A stretch of 64,000 nt of DNA from the NCBI GenBank assembly GCA_902536655.1, contig CACAYF010000005.1, forward strand, positions 5,790-69,789, read 5' to 3'. The stretch is from an uncultured Alphaproteobacteria bacterium (lineage in GTDB: Bacteria; Pseudomonadota; Alphaproteobacteria; Methylaequorales; Methylaequoraceae). The position numbers were made by a program, and so were the translations under genes. Every line of letters starts with the position of its first letter. Positions within the stretch are counted from its first letter, which is position 1. This document shows, piece after piece, positions 39,037 to 49,168 of this stretch. The notes beneath the pieces were generated by a model. That model was not told the DNA's origin, did not search any database, and saw only the letters and a program-made list of their open reading frames with translations.

Positions 39037-39997
39037 CTAAATTACTTAAAGTCTCTTCTGTTAGTCTGGCTCCGTATTGCTGAATTATCAATGACGCAAC
39101 TTTACAGCCAAATAAAGCAGATTTTTTTGGCGACTCGCCTTTTAACAACTTGTATAAAAATCCCGCAGCAAACATATCTCCAGCTCCTGTGGTATCTAAT
39201 ACAGATTCGACTTGGAATGAAGGTATTATTTCAGATCCTTGAGAATCAACAACTTCAACTCCCTTATCACCCATTGTTTTAAGTAAAATTTCAACTGTCT
39301 GTGTTTTTAAAAAATTTAATAAATTATTGTTACCTAATAATTCTTTAAATTCATGTTCGTTACCTACTAAAATATTTATCTCAGACTTCAACAGTTTTAG
39401 AAAATCATCTCTGTACATCTTCACTAAGTTTGGATCAGATAGTGAAAAAACTATTTTAATTTTTTTAATCTTGGCAATTTCGATAGCCTTATAGATTGCC
39501 TCTCTTGCACTTTCTGAACTCCATAAGTAACCTTCAATTAATAAATAATCTATATCATTAAAAAAATCAGATTTTATATCCTCTTTCCCAAGAGTTGTAC
39601 TCGCTCCTAAGAAAGTTTGCATTGATCGTTCACCGTCTGGTGAAACAAAAACTATACATCTTGCAGTTGGCAAACCTTGAGTGGATTGTTTACAAAGAAA
39701 TTTAGTTTTAGTTTTTTCCATATCTGAAATAAATTCGTCGCCAAGCTCATCGTCCCTAACTTTTCCACAGAAAAAAGAATTTAATCCTAGAAGTGAGATT
39801 CCCACCATTGTATTTGCGACTGACCCGCCAGAATCTTTTTTTATTGGGTTAATTTCTTTTAAAATCTTATCAGATACATTCTGGTCTACCAATGTCATAG
39901 CCCCTTTTGTTAAGTTTGCACTTGCCAGAAAATCGTCAGAAACAGAGGACACAATATCTAAAACAGCATTTCCCATTCCTAAAATTTTTTTATTCAT
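39029..39997 (-). CDS. PfkB-family carbohydrate/adenosine kinase
   Basis: GMGNAVLD, SGGSVANT, GERSMQTFLGAS, IEGYLW, DTTGAGDMFAAGF. Confidence 0.93.
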   Translation of the reverse strand: MNKKILGMGNAVLDIVSSVSDDFLASANLTKGAMTLVDQNVSDKILKEINPIKKDSGGSVANTMVGISLLGLNSFFCGKVRDDELGDEFISDMEKTKTKFLCKQSTQGLPTARCIVFVSPDGERSMQTFLGASTTLGKEDIKSDFFNDIDYLLIEGYLWSSESAREAIYKAIEIAKIKKIKIVFSLSDPNLVKMYRDDFLKLLKSEINILVGNEHEFKELLGNNNLLNFLKTQTVEILLKTMGDKGVEVVDSQGSEIIPSFQVESVLDTTGAGDMFAAGFLYKLLKGESPKKSALFGCKVASLIIQQYGARLTEETLSNLAN

Positions 39998-40103
39998 AAA
40001 TTTTTTTCCTTTATAATTTAAATTTTAATAGTATAGAATTTCAAAGATATTTCACAGAAATTTAACTTTAAAAAATAAAAAAAATTATTTATATATTATT
40101 ATT

Positions 40104-40580
40104 ATGGAAAAAACTTTTCTGGACATAACTGTACTCCCTTACAGAAGCTTATCCAAAAAAGGATTCAGAAACTTAATGTTTATTGTCTCATTAATTTTTT
40201 TTCTCGTTGGGGTTTTCTTCTGGTATATAGGAGCATGGCCAGTTTTCGGTTTTTTAGGGTTAGACGTATTACTTCTTTACTATGCCTTTAAAATAAACTA
40301 CAAATCTGGTGAAATTTTTGAAACTGTCAAAATTATTCAACAGAACTTGCTCATTACTCGAAATTTTCCATCTGGAAAAAAACAAACCTGGAACCTTGAA
40401 CCTTATTGGACAAAAGTTGAGATATCTAATCCCGCAAGACACCAACACAATTTAATAATCAAGTCTAAAGACAAGGTCGTTCTTCTAGGTTCATTTCTGA
40501 ATTATAACGATAAAAGGAAACTTCTCACACAAATTGAATCGGCATTACAACTTTTAAACAACAAAATGAGTAAGATCTGA
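40104..40580 (+). CDS. DUF2244 membrane protein
   Basis: PYRSLSKKGF, GAWPVFGFLGLDV, LGSFL; divergent from the adenosine kinase as in many Alphaproteobacteria. Confidence 0.85.
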   Translation: MEKTFLDITVLPYRSLSKKGFRNLMFIVSLIFFLVGVFFWYIGAWPVFGFLGLDVLLLYYAFKINYKSGEIFETVKIIQQNLLITRNFPSGKKQTWNLEPYWTKVEISNPARHQHNLIIKSKDKVVLLGSFLNYNDKRKLLTQIESALQLLNNKMSKI

Positions 40581-41491
40581 AAAATTTAAATTTAACCTTT
40601 CAGAGTTACATATCATTAATTTTACTGTCAGCAATTTGGGGAAGTTCATTCCTATTCATTAAAATAAGTATTGTAAGTATCCCTCCTAGTCTTTTGACTT
40701 TTTATAGACTTTTTGTTGCTTCACTGTTTCTAGTTTGTTTTTGTAAAAAAGGATTTCTTAAAGCTATTTTCGCCAATAACAGAAAACTACTATTTGGCGT
40801 TGCGATTTTTGGGAATGTTCTTCCCTTTAATTTAATAAGTTTAAGCGAAATTTACGTAGAAAGTATCGTTGCTGCTTCTCTTATAGGGACAATGCCACTT
40901 TTTACATATATAATTGCTTATTTAATATCAAAAAATAAAAGTTTAGATTTTATAAGTATTATTGGTTTATTATTCGGTTTTATTGGTATGTTAATTTTTA
41001 TAAATCCGTTTGGAATCTCACTTGAATCTGTAGCGTTAAATTTTTCTTTATTAATAATATTGTCAGCTTTTTTTTACGGACTTTCAGCAAATTTTGTAAA
41101 GAAAATACAAGACAACTCTCCTATTGAAATTGCTGCCTTTACAACTATTTTAGCAATGTTATTAGCTTTTCCTATATTTATTCTTAATTTTATTTCTTTA
41201 AACAATTTTGAAAAACAATTATTACTTAATATTTCATTCGAGAGTTTTCTTTCAGCTACAGTATTGGGAATTGTATGTACAGGATTTGCAATTTTAATTT
41301 TCTTTAATCTTATTAAGATCAAATCAGCTGTTTTTGCGAGTCAAAGTAATTTTCTTATTCCATGCTTTGGGTCTTTGTGGGGATATATTTTTTTGGATGA
41401 GAACTTAACTGAAAATATGATTTATGGTCTTCTTTTAATTGTTATTGGAGGATGGGTGACAAATCGTTCAATGTTTGTAAAGAGCAATTAA
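40577..41491 (+). CDS. EamA/DMT family transporter, probable CTG start
   Basis: Frame is open from 40574 and encodes LILLSAIWGSSFLFIK upstream of the track's TTG at 40694; also GNVLPF, LGIVCTGFA, FLDENL. Confidence 0.85.
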   Translation: MKNLNLTFQSYISLILLSAIWGSSFLFIKISIVSIPPSLLTFYRLFVASLFLVCFCKKGFLKAIFANNRKLLFGVAIFGNVLPFNLISLSEIYVESIVAASLIGTMPLFTYIIAYLISKNKSLDFISIIGLLFGFIGMLIFINPFGISLESVALNFSLLIILSAFFYGLSANFVKKIQDNSPIEIAAFTTILAMLLAFPIFILNFISLNNFEKQLLLNISFESFLSATVLGIVCTGFAILIFFNLIKIKSAVFASQSNFLIPCFGSLWGYIFLDENLTENMIYGLLLIVIGGWVTNRSMFVKSN

Positions 41492-41492
41492 C

Positions 41493-42053
41493 CTACTTAT
41501 TCTGATTTAGTTTCTTAAACTCGTCTGGAATATCGCCTACATCATATTCTTCATATTCCGTGACGGGTCTTATCTCATTTTCATCTGTTACTTGGTATAC
41601 GAACTTAACAGCATTTTGAAAATTAAATCTAGCTACATCAAGATTTCTCTCTGCAAAAGAAACTGAGCCCCCAAGCCAAGCATTATCTTCAAGAGCGTTA
41701 GTTGCGGCTATTAATAGTTCAGATACTTCAATTAAAGAATTATGAATTTCGTTTAATTTAGCTGAATTAGGAATATCGAGCTTTCTTAAATCATCTGGTC
41801 TACCAAAAGACTCTAGATGCCCTTGTATTAATTCTTCGGCCTCCTTGAAATGATCTTCATCTGCTCTGTCATTTCTAAGGTTAAAAGCGTCCAACAATCT
41901 TCCTTGAAGTATAATTGCATTACCTAAATGACCAAGCCTAATATCCATAATTTCTTTATATTCTTTTAGGTCAGTTTCAGAAACTTTATTTTCGCATGAA
42001 ACTATTAAAAAAAATAAAATTAGAAAAGTATTTAATTTTTTATGAAAAAACAT
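41493..42053 (-). CDS. Hypothetical lipoprotein
   Basis: ATG 42053 lies just after the dapB stop and gives MFFHKKLNTFLILFFLIVS-C (lipobox); acidic, helical-looking mature part. Confidence 0.7.
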   Translation of the reverse strand: MFFHKKLNTFLILFFLIVSCENKVSETDLKEYKEIMDIRLGHLGNAIILQGRLLDAFNLRNDRADEDHFKEAEELIQGHLESFGRPDDLRKLDIPNSAKLNEIHNSLIEVSELLIAATNALEDNAWLGGSVSFAERNLDVARFNFQNAVKFVYQVTDENEIRPVTEYEEYDVGDIPDEFKKLNQNK

Positions 42054-42055
42054 GA

Positions 42056-42838
42056 CTACTCTTTTAGCATATCTGAAATTGTATACAAGCCTGCCTTTTT
42101 TTGGTGCAACCAACTTGCAGCCTTTAAAGCTCCAACTGAAAAAATTTTTCTACTTGATGCTATGTGTTTTAATTCAATTCTTTCTCCATTTAAAAAAAAA
42201 TAAACTGTGTGTTCTCCTATTACGTCTCCACCTCTGATCGAAGCAAAACCAATCTCGTTCTTTCCTCTAGCTTTATTTTTATTTTCTTCTCTATATGAAA
42301 ACTTAGCAATCTCTTTAAAACCCTCTTGAACTGACTTAGCCAGAGAAATAGCCGTTCCAGACGGTATATCTTTTTTTTTGTTGTGATGGATTTCAACTAT
42401 CTCAATGTCAGACTGAGAAGAAATATTTTTAGAAGCAGCTTTGATTAAATTTTTCATTAAATTTATTCCAATGCTCATATTAAATGATCGCAAAACTTTT
42501 TTGCCATTAACTAATCCCTGAAATTTTTTCTCTTCTGTTTTAGTGTATCCGGTAGTTCCAGTCACTAGCGCTGTTTTTGTTTTTAAATCATGCATAACCT
42601 TTAATAAATTGATGGTAGCCGAGGGAATGGTAAAATCAATAATGACATCACTGTATTTAATTAAATTATTTATATCATCTGCAATCACGATACCTGAAAT
42701 TTTTTTCCCGACATCTTTATGCTTTTTCTTTTCACATAAAACAGAAAGTTCTAATGAGTCGAAATTTTCAATTTGTTCAATAAGATCACTGCCCATTCTT
42801 CCACCAGGACCAAAAATTCCAATTTTAATTTTTTTCAT
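42056..42838 (-). CDS. dapB: 4-hydroxy-tetrahydrodipicolinate reductase
   Basis: GPGGRMG, IDFT, VTGTTG, EIHHNKKKDIPSGTA, RGGDVIGEH. Confidence 0.97.
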   Translation of the reverse strand: MKKIKIGIFGPGGRMGSDLIEQIENFDSLELSVLCEKKKHKDVGKKISGIVIADDINNLIKYSDVIIDFTIPSATINLLKVMHDLKTKTALVTGTTGYTKTEEKKFQGLVNGKKVLRSFNMSIGINLMKNLIKAASKNISSQSDIEIVEIHHNKKKDIPSGTAISLAKSVQEGFKEIAKFSYREENKNKARGKNEIGFASIRGGDVIGEHTVYFFLNGERIELKHIASSRKIFSVGALKAASWLHQKKAGLYTISDMLKE

Positions 42839-42847
42839 TTTACAACT

Positions 42848-43969
42848 CTAGGATAAACCGTCCCAGAAGTCTTTTACTTTTGAGAAAAAACCTGACTTTT
42901 CTGGGCTATTATTTTGATTGAGTTCTTCATTAAATTCTTTAAGCAATCTTTTCTGATTTTCCGATAGATTTTTTGGTATTTCAACTATCAATGATATGAT
43001 CATATCGCCAAATGATGTTGATCTAATTGTTGGCATCCCTTTTCCATTCAACCTGAATTGATCACCATGCTGGGAACCAGCTGGAACTTTTACTTTAACT
43101 TTTCCACCTGAAACTGTTGGAACCTCTACTGAACCTCCAAGTGATGCGTCGACAATAGAAATTGGAACGTTGCAAAATATCTCAGTACCATTTCTTCCAA
43201 AGATTGAATGTTCAGGCATACTTACAAACAAATAAAGATCTCCTGGTGATGAACCATTCTGACCTACGGCACCCTCTCCAGAAAGTCTAATTCTGCTTCC
43301 ATCCTCGACTCCAGCAGGAATATTCACTTCAAGTTTTCTATTTTTTCTTCTTCTTCCCTCTCCACTACACGCATTGCAGGGGTCCGTAATTACCTGCCCT
43401 GCGCCACCACAAGAGGAGCATGTTCGTTCAACGGTGAAAAAACCCTGAGAAGCCCTTGTTCTCCCTGATCCTCCACAAACATCGCAGTCCCTTAGTCCGT
43501 TCCCTTTTTCAGAACCTGAACCATTGCAGTCGCTGCATCTTATTAGGGTATCAAAAGAAATTTCTTTTTTTGTTCCAGTGTAAGCTTCCCTCAAATCAAC
43601 ATCTATTTCGTATTTTAAATCTTGCCCTCTTTGTTGCCTTGTTTTTGAAGACCTTCCCCCAAAATCACCAAAGAAGTCTTCAAATATGTCGGAAAAATTT
43701 CCAAAGCCACCACCAAAGCCTTCGGAGAACCCTCCACCAGTTTGTGAAAAGGCATCATGTCCGTAAGTATCATAAGCTTCTTTTTTTTCTGGGTTAGATA
43801 GGACCTCATAAGCCTCTGAGATTTCTTTGAACTTAGTCTCAGCCTCTTGATCACCTTGATTTTTGTCAGGGTGATATTTCATAGCTAACTTGCGGTATGA
43901 ACTCTTGATGGTTGCAGAATCGGAATCCCTAGAAACACCAAGGACATCATAATAATCATTTTTTGGCAT
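42848..43969 (-). CDS. dnaJ: Chaperone DnaJ
   Basis: J-domain HPD, G/F region, four CxxCxGxG repeats. Confidence 0.99.
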   Translation of the reverse strand: MPKNDYYDVLGVSRDSDSATIKSSYRKLAMKYHPDKNQGDQEAETKFKEISEAYEVLSNPEKKEAYDTYGHDAFSQTGGGFSEGFGGGFGNFSDIFEDFFGDFGGRSSKTRQQRGQDLKYEIDVDLREAYTGTKKEISFDTLIRCSDCNGSGSEKGNGLRDCDVCGGSGRTRASQGFFTVERTCSSCGGAGQVITDPCNACSGEGRRRKNRKLEVNIPAGVEDGSRIRLSGEGAVGQNGSSPGDLYLFVSMPEHSIFGRNGTEIFCNVPISIVDASLGGSVEVPTVSGGKVKVKVPAGSQHGDQFRLNGKGMPTIRSTSFGDMIISLIVEIPKNLSENQKRLLKEFNEELNQNNSPEKSGFFSKVKDFWDGLS

Positions 43970-43981
43970 ATCACTAGAGAG

Positions 43982-45964
43982 TTATGCTGATTTTTCCTTT
44001 TTGTCACCGTCATCCTTTTTTGTTTTCTTTTCGGTGACATCCTCAAAGTCAGCATCCATTACTTCGGGATCTTTTTTACCTTGCTTCTTTTTATCTTTTC
44101 CTTTGCCTGATTGATTTTTTTCTCCAGTTTCTTTAGATTCTTTTGCAGCTTTTTCTTGTGCTTCTTTGTACATTATTTCACCTAATTTCATTGAATCTTG
44201 AATCAGTGAGTCGGTTTTTTCTTTCAAAACTTTAGTGTCGACTTTTTCATCTTTTAAAGTTTCTTTTAGAGTTTCCAAAGATTTTTCGATTTTTTCTTTA
44301 TCTTCTTTTGGGATTTTTGAACCATGTTCTTTTAAACTCTTTTCAGTACTATGTATAATTGAATCAGCATTGTTTCTGGCTTCAATAGTTTCGAGCTTTT
44401 TTTTGTCTGCGTCTGCATTGGCTTCAGCATCTTTTACCATCTTATCAATCTCTTCATCAGATAAACCGCCAGAAGCTTTGATCTGAATTTGGTGTTCTTT
44501 GCCTGTTGCTTTGTCTTTTGCTGACACTTTAACAATTCCATTAGCATCAATGTCGAATGTAACTTCAATTTGAGGTGACCCTTTTGGCGCAGGGGGGATT
44601 CCAACAAGATCGAACTGACCGAGTAACTTGTTGTCAGATGCTATTTGTCTTTCTCCTTGAAAAACTCTAATTGTAACAGCGGATTGGTTGTCGTCAGCAG
44701 TTGAGAAAATTTGACTCTTATTTGTTGGAATTGTGGTGTTTTTTTCAATTAATTTTGTAAACACACCTCCAAGAGTTTCAATACCTAGAGATAATGGAGT
44801 TACGTCAAGCAATAAAACATCTTTTACATCACCTGACAAAACACCTCCCTGAACGGCAGCTCCTAGTGCTACAACTTCGTCTGGATTTACACTTCTGTTG
44901 GGTTCTTTACCAAAAAATTTTTTTACTGCCTCAATAACTTTTGGCATTCTGGTCATTCCTCCGACTAAAATCACGTCGTTTATTTCTCCTGCGCTTAAAC
45001 CAGCATCTTTTAAAGCTTTTTTGCATGGCTCAATTGATCTATCTATTAGATCAGATACCAAGGTTTCGAACTTAGATCTCGAAAGTTTTATGTTTAAGTG
45101 CTTTGGACCTGAGGCATCTGCTGTAATAAAAGGAAGGTTTACTTCCGTTTGAGGGGTGGTAGACAGTTCGATCTTTGCCTTTTCTGCTGCTTCTTTCAGC
45201 CTTTGAAGAGCTAGCTTATCAGTTTTTAGGTCGATTGATTGTTCTTTTTTAAACTCTGATGCAAAATAGTCGATCAATACATTGTCAAAATCTTCACCAC
45301 CAAGTTTTGTGTCTCCATTAGTTGCTTTGACTTCGAAAACTCCATCACCAATTTCTAATATTGAGACATCAAATGTTCCGCCCCCGAGATCATAAACAGC
45401 AACTGTTCCGGATTTCTTTTTATCCAAGCCATATGCAAGTGCTGCGGCTGTTGGTTCATTGATAATTCTTTTAACATCCAAACCTGCAATTTTTCCAGCA
45501 TCCTTAGTCGCTTGTCTTTGAGCATCGTTGAAATAAGCAGGAACTGTTATCACTGCCTCCTTTACTGGTTTTCCAAGAAACTTTTCCGCTGTTTCTTTCA
45601 TTTTTTGTAAAATCATGGCACTTATCTGACTTGGTGAATATTTCTTATCGTCTATTAAAACCCATGCATCGTCATTCTCACCCGCAACGATTTTGTAGGG
45701 AAGTACGTCAGAATCCTTTTTAACTGAAGGATCATCCATTCTTCTACCGACCAATCTTTTTATAGCAAATAATGTTTTTTCAGGGTTGGTTACAGCCTGC
45801 CTTTTGGCTGATTGTCCCACCAATTGTTCGTTATTTTCCGCAAACGCAACCATTGATGGGGTTGTTCGCGAACCTTCTACATTTTCTATAACTTTTGGTT
45901 CTTTGCCATCCATGATGGCAACGCATGAATTTGTTGTACCGAGGTCTATGCCTATGACTGCCAT
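43982..45964 (-). CDS. dnaK: Chaperone DnaK
   Basis: [37 protein letters not shown]-terminal DADFEDV. Confidence 0.99.
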   Translation of the reverse strand: MAVIGIDLGTTNSCVAIMDGKEPKVIENVEGSRTTPSMVAFAENNEQLVGQSAKRQAVTNPEKTLFAIKRLVGRRMDDPSVKKDSDVLPYKIVAGENDDAWVLIDDKKYSPSQISAMILQKMKETAEKFLGKPVKEAVITVPAYFNDAQRQATKDAGKIAGLDVKRIINEPTAAALAYGLDKKKSGTVAVYDLGGGTFDVSILEIGDGVFEVKATNGDTKLGGEDFDNVLIDYFASEFKKEQSIDLKTDKLALQRLKEAAEKAKIELSTTPQTEVNLPFITADASGPKHLNIKLSRSKFETLVSDLIDRSIEPCKKALKDAGLSAGEINDVILVGGMTRMPKVIEAVKKFFGKEPNRSVNPDEVVALGAAVQGGVLSGDVKDVLLLDVTPLSLGIETLGGVFTKLIEKNTTIPTNKSQIFSTADDNQSAVTIRVFQGERQIASDNKLLGQFDLVGIPPAPKGSPQIEVTFDIDANGIVKVSAKDKATGKEHQIQIKASGGLSDEEIDKMVKDAEANADADKKKLETIEARNNADSIIHSTEKSLKEHGSKIPKEDKEKIEKSLETLKETLKDEKVDTKVLKEKTDSLIQDSMKLGEIMYKEAQEKAAKESKETGEKNQSGKGKDKKKQGKKDPEVMDADFEDVTEKKTKKDDGDKKEKSA

Positions 45965-46091
45965 ATTGTGCTCCTTTTCTTCCTGGTTATAATGGACAGA
46001 ATTAATATTTAACCCTTGAAGGCATTAAATACTAACTGTTAATAAAGCTAACCTTTTATATTACAAGTAGCTACTTCAAATCAAGAAAAAA

Positions 46092-46689
46092 ATGATTTTT
46101 TATTAAATCCCTTATATAAAATTATCAAACAAAAATTATTAAAGATCTTTTAAGAATAATCCCAAATTTCCATTCTTTACCCCAACTCTCCCAAAATTTA
46201 ACAAGCCATTTAAAATTAAAATATCTAATGCCGGGAAGAGGGCGTGTAGCTCAAATGTACAAGGATATCGATGTGTTAAAAACACCGCATAACCAAAAAA
46301 AAATAATCCAAAACACTCTCTCGCCTTTTTTATTTATGGCAAGAACATTGTTGCAAATAAAAATGCCTGACTTTTATTTACTAAATTTGTATTCTTTCCC
46401 AAACTCAAGTTTGGGACTACATCAAGATAGAGTTGAGAAGGATTTAAATAATCCTGTTTTATAAATTTGGCTTGGAAACAACGCTTTTTTTAAAATACGG
46501 TAAAAATAATCTAAATGAAATATGCCTAAAACTAGTTCAATTTGCATTTTAAAAGATAGTTCACGACTTTAATTATCGTTGTTTAAAAAAAATTTAAAAA
46601 GTAAAAAAATATTATGGATGCATGTGCCTTTGATTGTTTCCCTAAGAGATTGCAGAATTAATATCGCACTTCGCAAATTTGTTGTTTAA
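46092..46689 (+). pseudogene. alkB: Decayed AlkB-family 2OG-Fe(II) DNA dealkylase (5' boundary approximate)
   Basis: Fragments in different frames: FPFFTPTLPKFNKPFKIKISNAG..GYR* (46167-46292), PDFYLLNLY..SLGLHQDRVE..NPVL*IWLG (to ~46480), CRINIALRKFVV* (46651-46689); several stops and frameshifts. Confidence 0.85.
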
Positions 46690-46693
46690 AAAT

Positions 46694-47290
46694 TTACTTC
46701 TCTTCTTGGGTTTTTCCTGAAGAAATAACAACCATCGCTGGTCTTAGAAGTCGTTCTCCTATCATGAAACCTTTTGCTAACTCTTCAATTATTGTTCCTT
46801 CTGGTTTATCGCTATTTTTTTTGGAAACTGCTTGGTGTATTTCTGGATTAAACTTTTTTTCTAGAGAATCAAAACGAACAACACCGTTTTTTTCAAAAAT
46901 CTCGTAGATTTCCTTTTCAACTGCTTCAAGACCTACTACAAGATTTTTTAACATTACGTTTTGTCCTAAATTCTCTCTAGGTATTGAATTTAGAGCTCTT
47001 TGAAAATTATCAGTCACATTTAAAAGTTCAGAAGAAAAATTTCTGATTGCATACTTTAAATTTTCTTGGGATTCTTTTTGATGCCTTTTTCTTAAGTTTT
47101 CATTTTCCGCCAACTCTCTAAGCAGTTTGTCCTCAGCTTGTTTTAGTTTAATTTTCAAATCAGCGATAATTTTTTGATTGTTGATCTCAGAGCCGTTTTG
47201 ATTCTTATGTGATCTTGCTTCTTTTTTTGAATCTTTATTGTCATATGTTTTGTCTTTCTTTTTTTCATTTTCCGTAGTAGATCTTTTCAT
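46694..47290 (-). CDS. grpE: Nucleotide exchange factor GrpE
   Basis: LRELAENENLRKR, DNFQRAL, FNPEIHQAV, GFMIGERLLRPAMVVIS. Confidence 0.97.
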   Translation of the reverse strand: MKRSTTENEKKKDKTYDNKDSKKEARSHKNQNGSEINNQKIIADLKIKLKQAEDKLLRELAENENLRKRHQKESQENLKYAIRNFSSELLNVTDNFQRALNSIPRENLGQNVMLKNLVVGLEAVEKEIYEIFEKNGVVRFDSLEKKFNPEIHQAVSKKNSDKPEGTIIEELAKGFMIGERLLRPAMVVISSGKTQEEK

Positions 47291-47311
47291 CTTGTCTCCT
47301 ATAAATTAATA

Positions 47312-48412
47312 TTATTTAATCTCGAGTTTTTCGCCGATTAATTTTGCAGTGTAATCAACAACAGGGATAATTTTAGCATAGTTTATTCTCATGGGACCAA
47401 TAACACCTATGGCTCCAATTATTTCTTTTTTTTTATTTTTAAATGGGCTTATAATTGTTGAGCACCCGGTATGACCAAATAAGTTGTTTTCAGAGCCAAT
47501 AAAAATTTGCAATCCCTCAGCTTGAAGTGTTTCGTCTATGATACCAACAAGATTTTTTTTATTCTCAAGCTTTTCAATCAATAATCTAACATCTTCAAGC
47601 TGCTCCATAACTTTTACATCATCTAACAGTTTGGATGTACCTGTCACAATTAATTTATTTTTTTTACTAGCATCGTCCCAGCATGCGAATCCTTGATCAA
47701 TTAAAATTTTTGTTACTTTATCTATATTTTTTCTGTCGTTTTTAATTTGGGAGCTTATAATTTTTTTGCTTTCCTCTAGAGTTTTTCCTTTTATTATTGA
47801 ATTTAAATAATTTGTTGTCTCTATTAATAATGAAGAGGGTAAACCTTTGGGCACTTCAATAATTCTATTTTCAATTATTCCAGAGTCAGTTACTAAAATG
47901 ACAAGGGCTTTTTCATTGCTTACTGGAACAAACTCAATATGTTTTATATACCCCTCTAATTTAGGCGCTAAAACTATTCCAGCACAATCCAGTAAGCCTG
48001 ACAATAAAGAACTTGTTTCACTGAACATTTCCTCTACATTCTGAGTTTGATTGTTTATTACTTTTTGTATTACTGTGCATTGATTATTAGTTATTCTCCC
48101 AACTTGCAACAAACCATCAACAAAGAATCTCAAGCCCAAATCTGTTGGAATCCTACCAGACGATGTGTGATTAGATCTTAAAAGCCCAGCCTCTTGTAAA
48201 TCAAACATCACGTTCCTCACTGATGCAGCTGAGAGCTTTTCCCCCATTTTAATTGATAATCTTCTGGAACCAACGGGTTTTCCATCCTTAAGAAAATCAT
48301 TCACAATTAACTTAAAGATCTGCTTAGATCTTTGATCTAAATCAAAAATATAAGATTTTTTAATACCCATTGTTTTTTTTTTTAATAATTTGGGATTGTT
48401 TTTTTTTTTCAT
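47312..48412 (-). CDS. hrcA: Heat-inducible transcription repressor HrcA (alternative start 48370)
   Basis: PVGSRRL, SAASVRNVM, HTSSGRIPTDLGLRFFVD, IFIGSEN, GVIGPMRINY. Confidence 0.97.
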   Translation of the reverse strand: MKKKNNPKLLKKKTMGIKKSYIFDLDQRSKQIFKLIVNDFLKDGKPVGSRRLSIKMGEKLSAASVRNVMFDLQEAGLLRSNHTSSGRIPTDLGLRFFVDGLLQVGRITNNQCTVIQKVINNQTQNVEEMFSETSSLLSGLLDCAGIVLAPKLEGYIKHIEFVPVSNEKALVILVTDSGIIENRIIEVPKGLPSSLLIETTNYLNSIIKGKTLEESKKIISSQIKNDRKNIDKVTKILIDQGFACWDDASKKNKLIVTGTSKLLDDVKVMEQLEDVRLLIEKLENKKNLVGIIDETLQAEGLQIFIGSENNLFGHTGCSTIISPFKNKKKEIIGAIGVIGPMRINYAKIIPVVDYTAKLIGEKLEIK

Positions 48413-48454
48413 ACTAATTAAAAATACATAGCTTAAACTAAGTTATATTTTGAC

Positions 48455-49168
48455 GTGCGAAAATTCAACAGGAAAAATCATGAGCTGAGAAAGATATCCA
48501 TAGAAGTTGATATAAATGATAACGCGCATGGTTCATGTATTATTAGATACGGAATGACAAAAGTGGTATGTACGGCAAGCATCGACGAAGACCTCCCAAA
48601 ATGGTTGAGAGAAAAAAAAGCTGGATGGATTACAGCAGAATATGGAATGCTACCTGGATCTACTAATTCAAGAAATAAAAGAGAATCAAAAATTGGCAAA
48701 CAGTCTGGAAGAACAATTGAAATACAAAGATTAATTGGAAGATCCTTAAGATCAGTTGTAGACTTAGAAAAACTAGCAGGATATCAAATTATTGTAGATT
48801 GTGACGTTCTTCAGGCTGATGGTGGAACCAGAACTGCTAGTATAACAGGTGGTTATGTGGCTTTATGCTTGGCCATAAAAAAGTTTGTTAGCAGAGGTTT
48901 AATAAAGAAAAATCCAATAAAAGATTTTGTTGCAGCTATTTCATGCGGAATAGTAAACGAAAAAATTTTGGTTGACCTAGATTATGCCGAAGATTCTGCT
49001 GCTCAAGTCGATGCAAATTTTGTTTTGTCAAAAACATCAGGGTTTTCAGAAATTCAAATATCAGGAGAAGAAAATACATTTAATTTAGAATCTGTAAAAG
49101 AAATGATTGATAAAACAGAAAAATCTATGAAACATATCTTTAAAATTCAAAAAGATGCAATTAAGTAA
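48455..49168 (+). CDS. rph: Ribonuclease PH
   Basis: GWITAEYGMLP, GRTIEIQRLIGRSLR, DCDVLQADGGTRTASITG, DLDYAEDS. Confidence 0.98.
   Translation: MRKFNRKNHELRKISIEVDINDNAHGSCIIRYGMTKVVCTASIDEDLPKWLREKKAGWITAEYGMLPGSTNSRNKRESKIGKQSGRTIEIQRLIGRSLRSVVDLEKLAGYQIIVDCDVLQADGGTRTASITGGYVALCLAIKKFVSRGLIKKNPIKDFVAAISCGIVNEKILVDLDYAEDSAAQVDANFVLSKTSGFSEIQISGEENTFNLESVKEMIDKTEKSMKHIFKIQKDAIK

Noticed and set aside
45965..46091. CIRCE operator or clear RpoH promoter upstream of dnaK; imperfect hairpin near 46006-46031
   Set aside because: No TTAGCACTC-N9-GAGTGCTAA is present; the CTTGA...TATA match and the AT-rich hairpin are too weak to call.
46240..46258. GGGCGTGTAGCTCAAATG resembles the 5' end of a tRNA
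   Set aside because: No anticodon arm, no GTTCRA T-loop and no complementary acceptor strand follow; it lies inside the alkB remnant.
48373..48409. Two T11 tracts at the hrcA 5' end as a phase-variation switch
   Set aside because: The start may be ATG 48370, which leaves them non-coding, and 10-11-nt runs recur throughout this AT-rich window.
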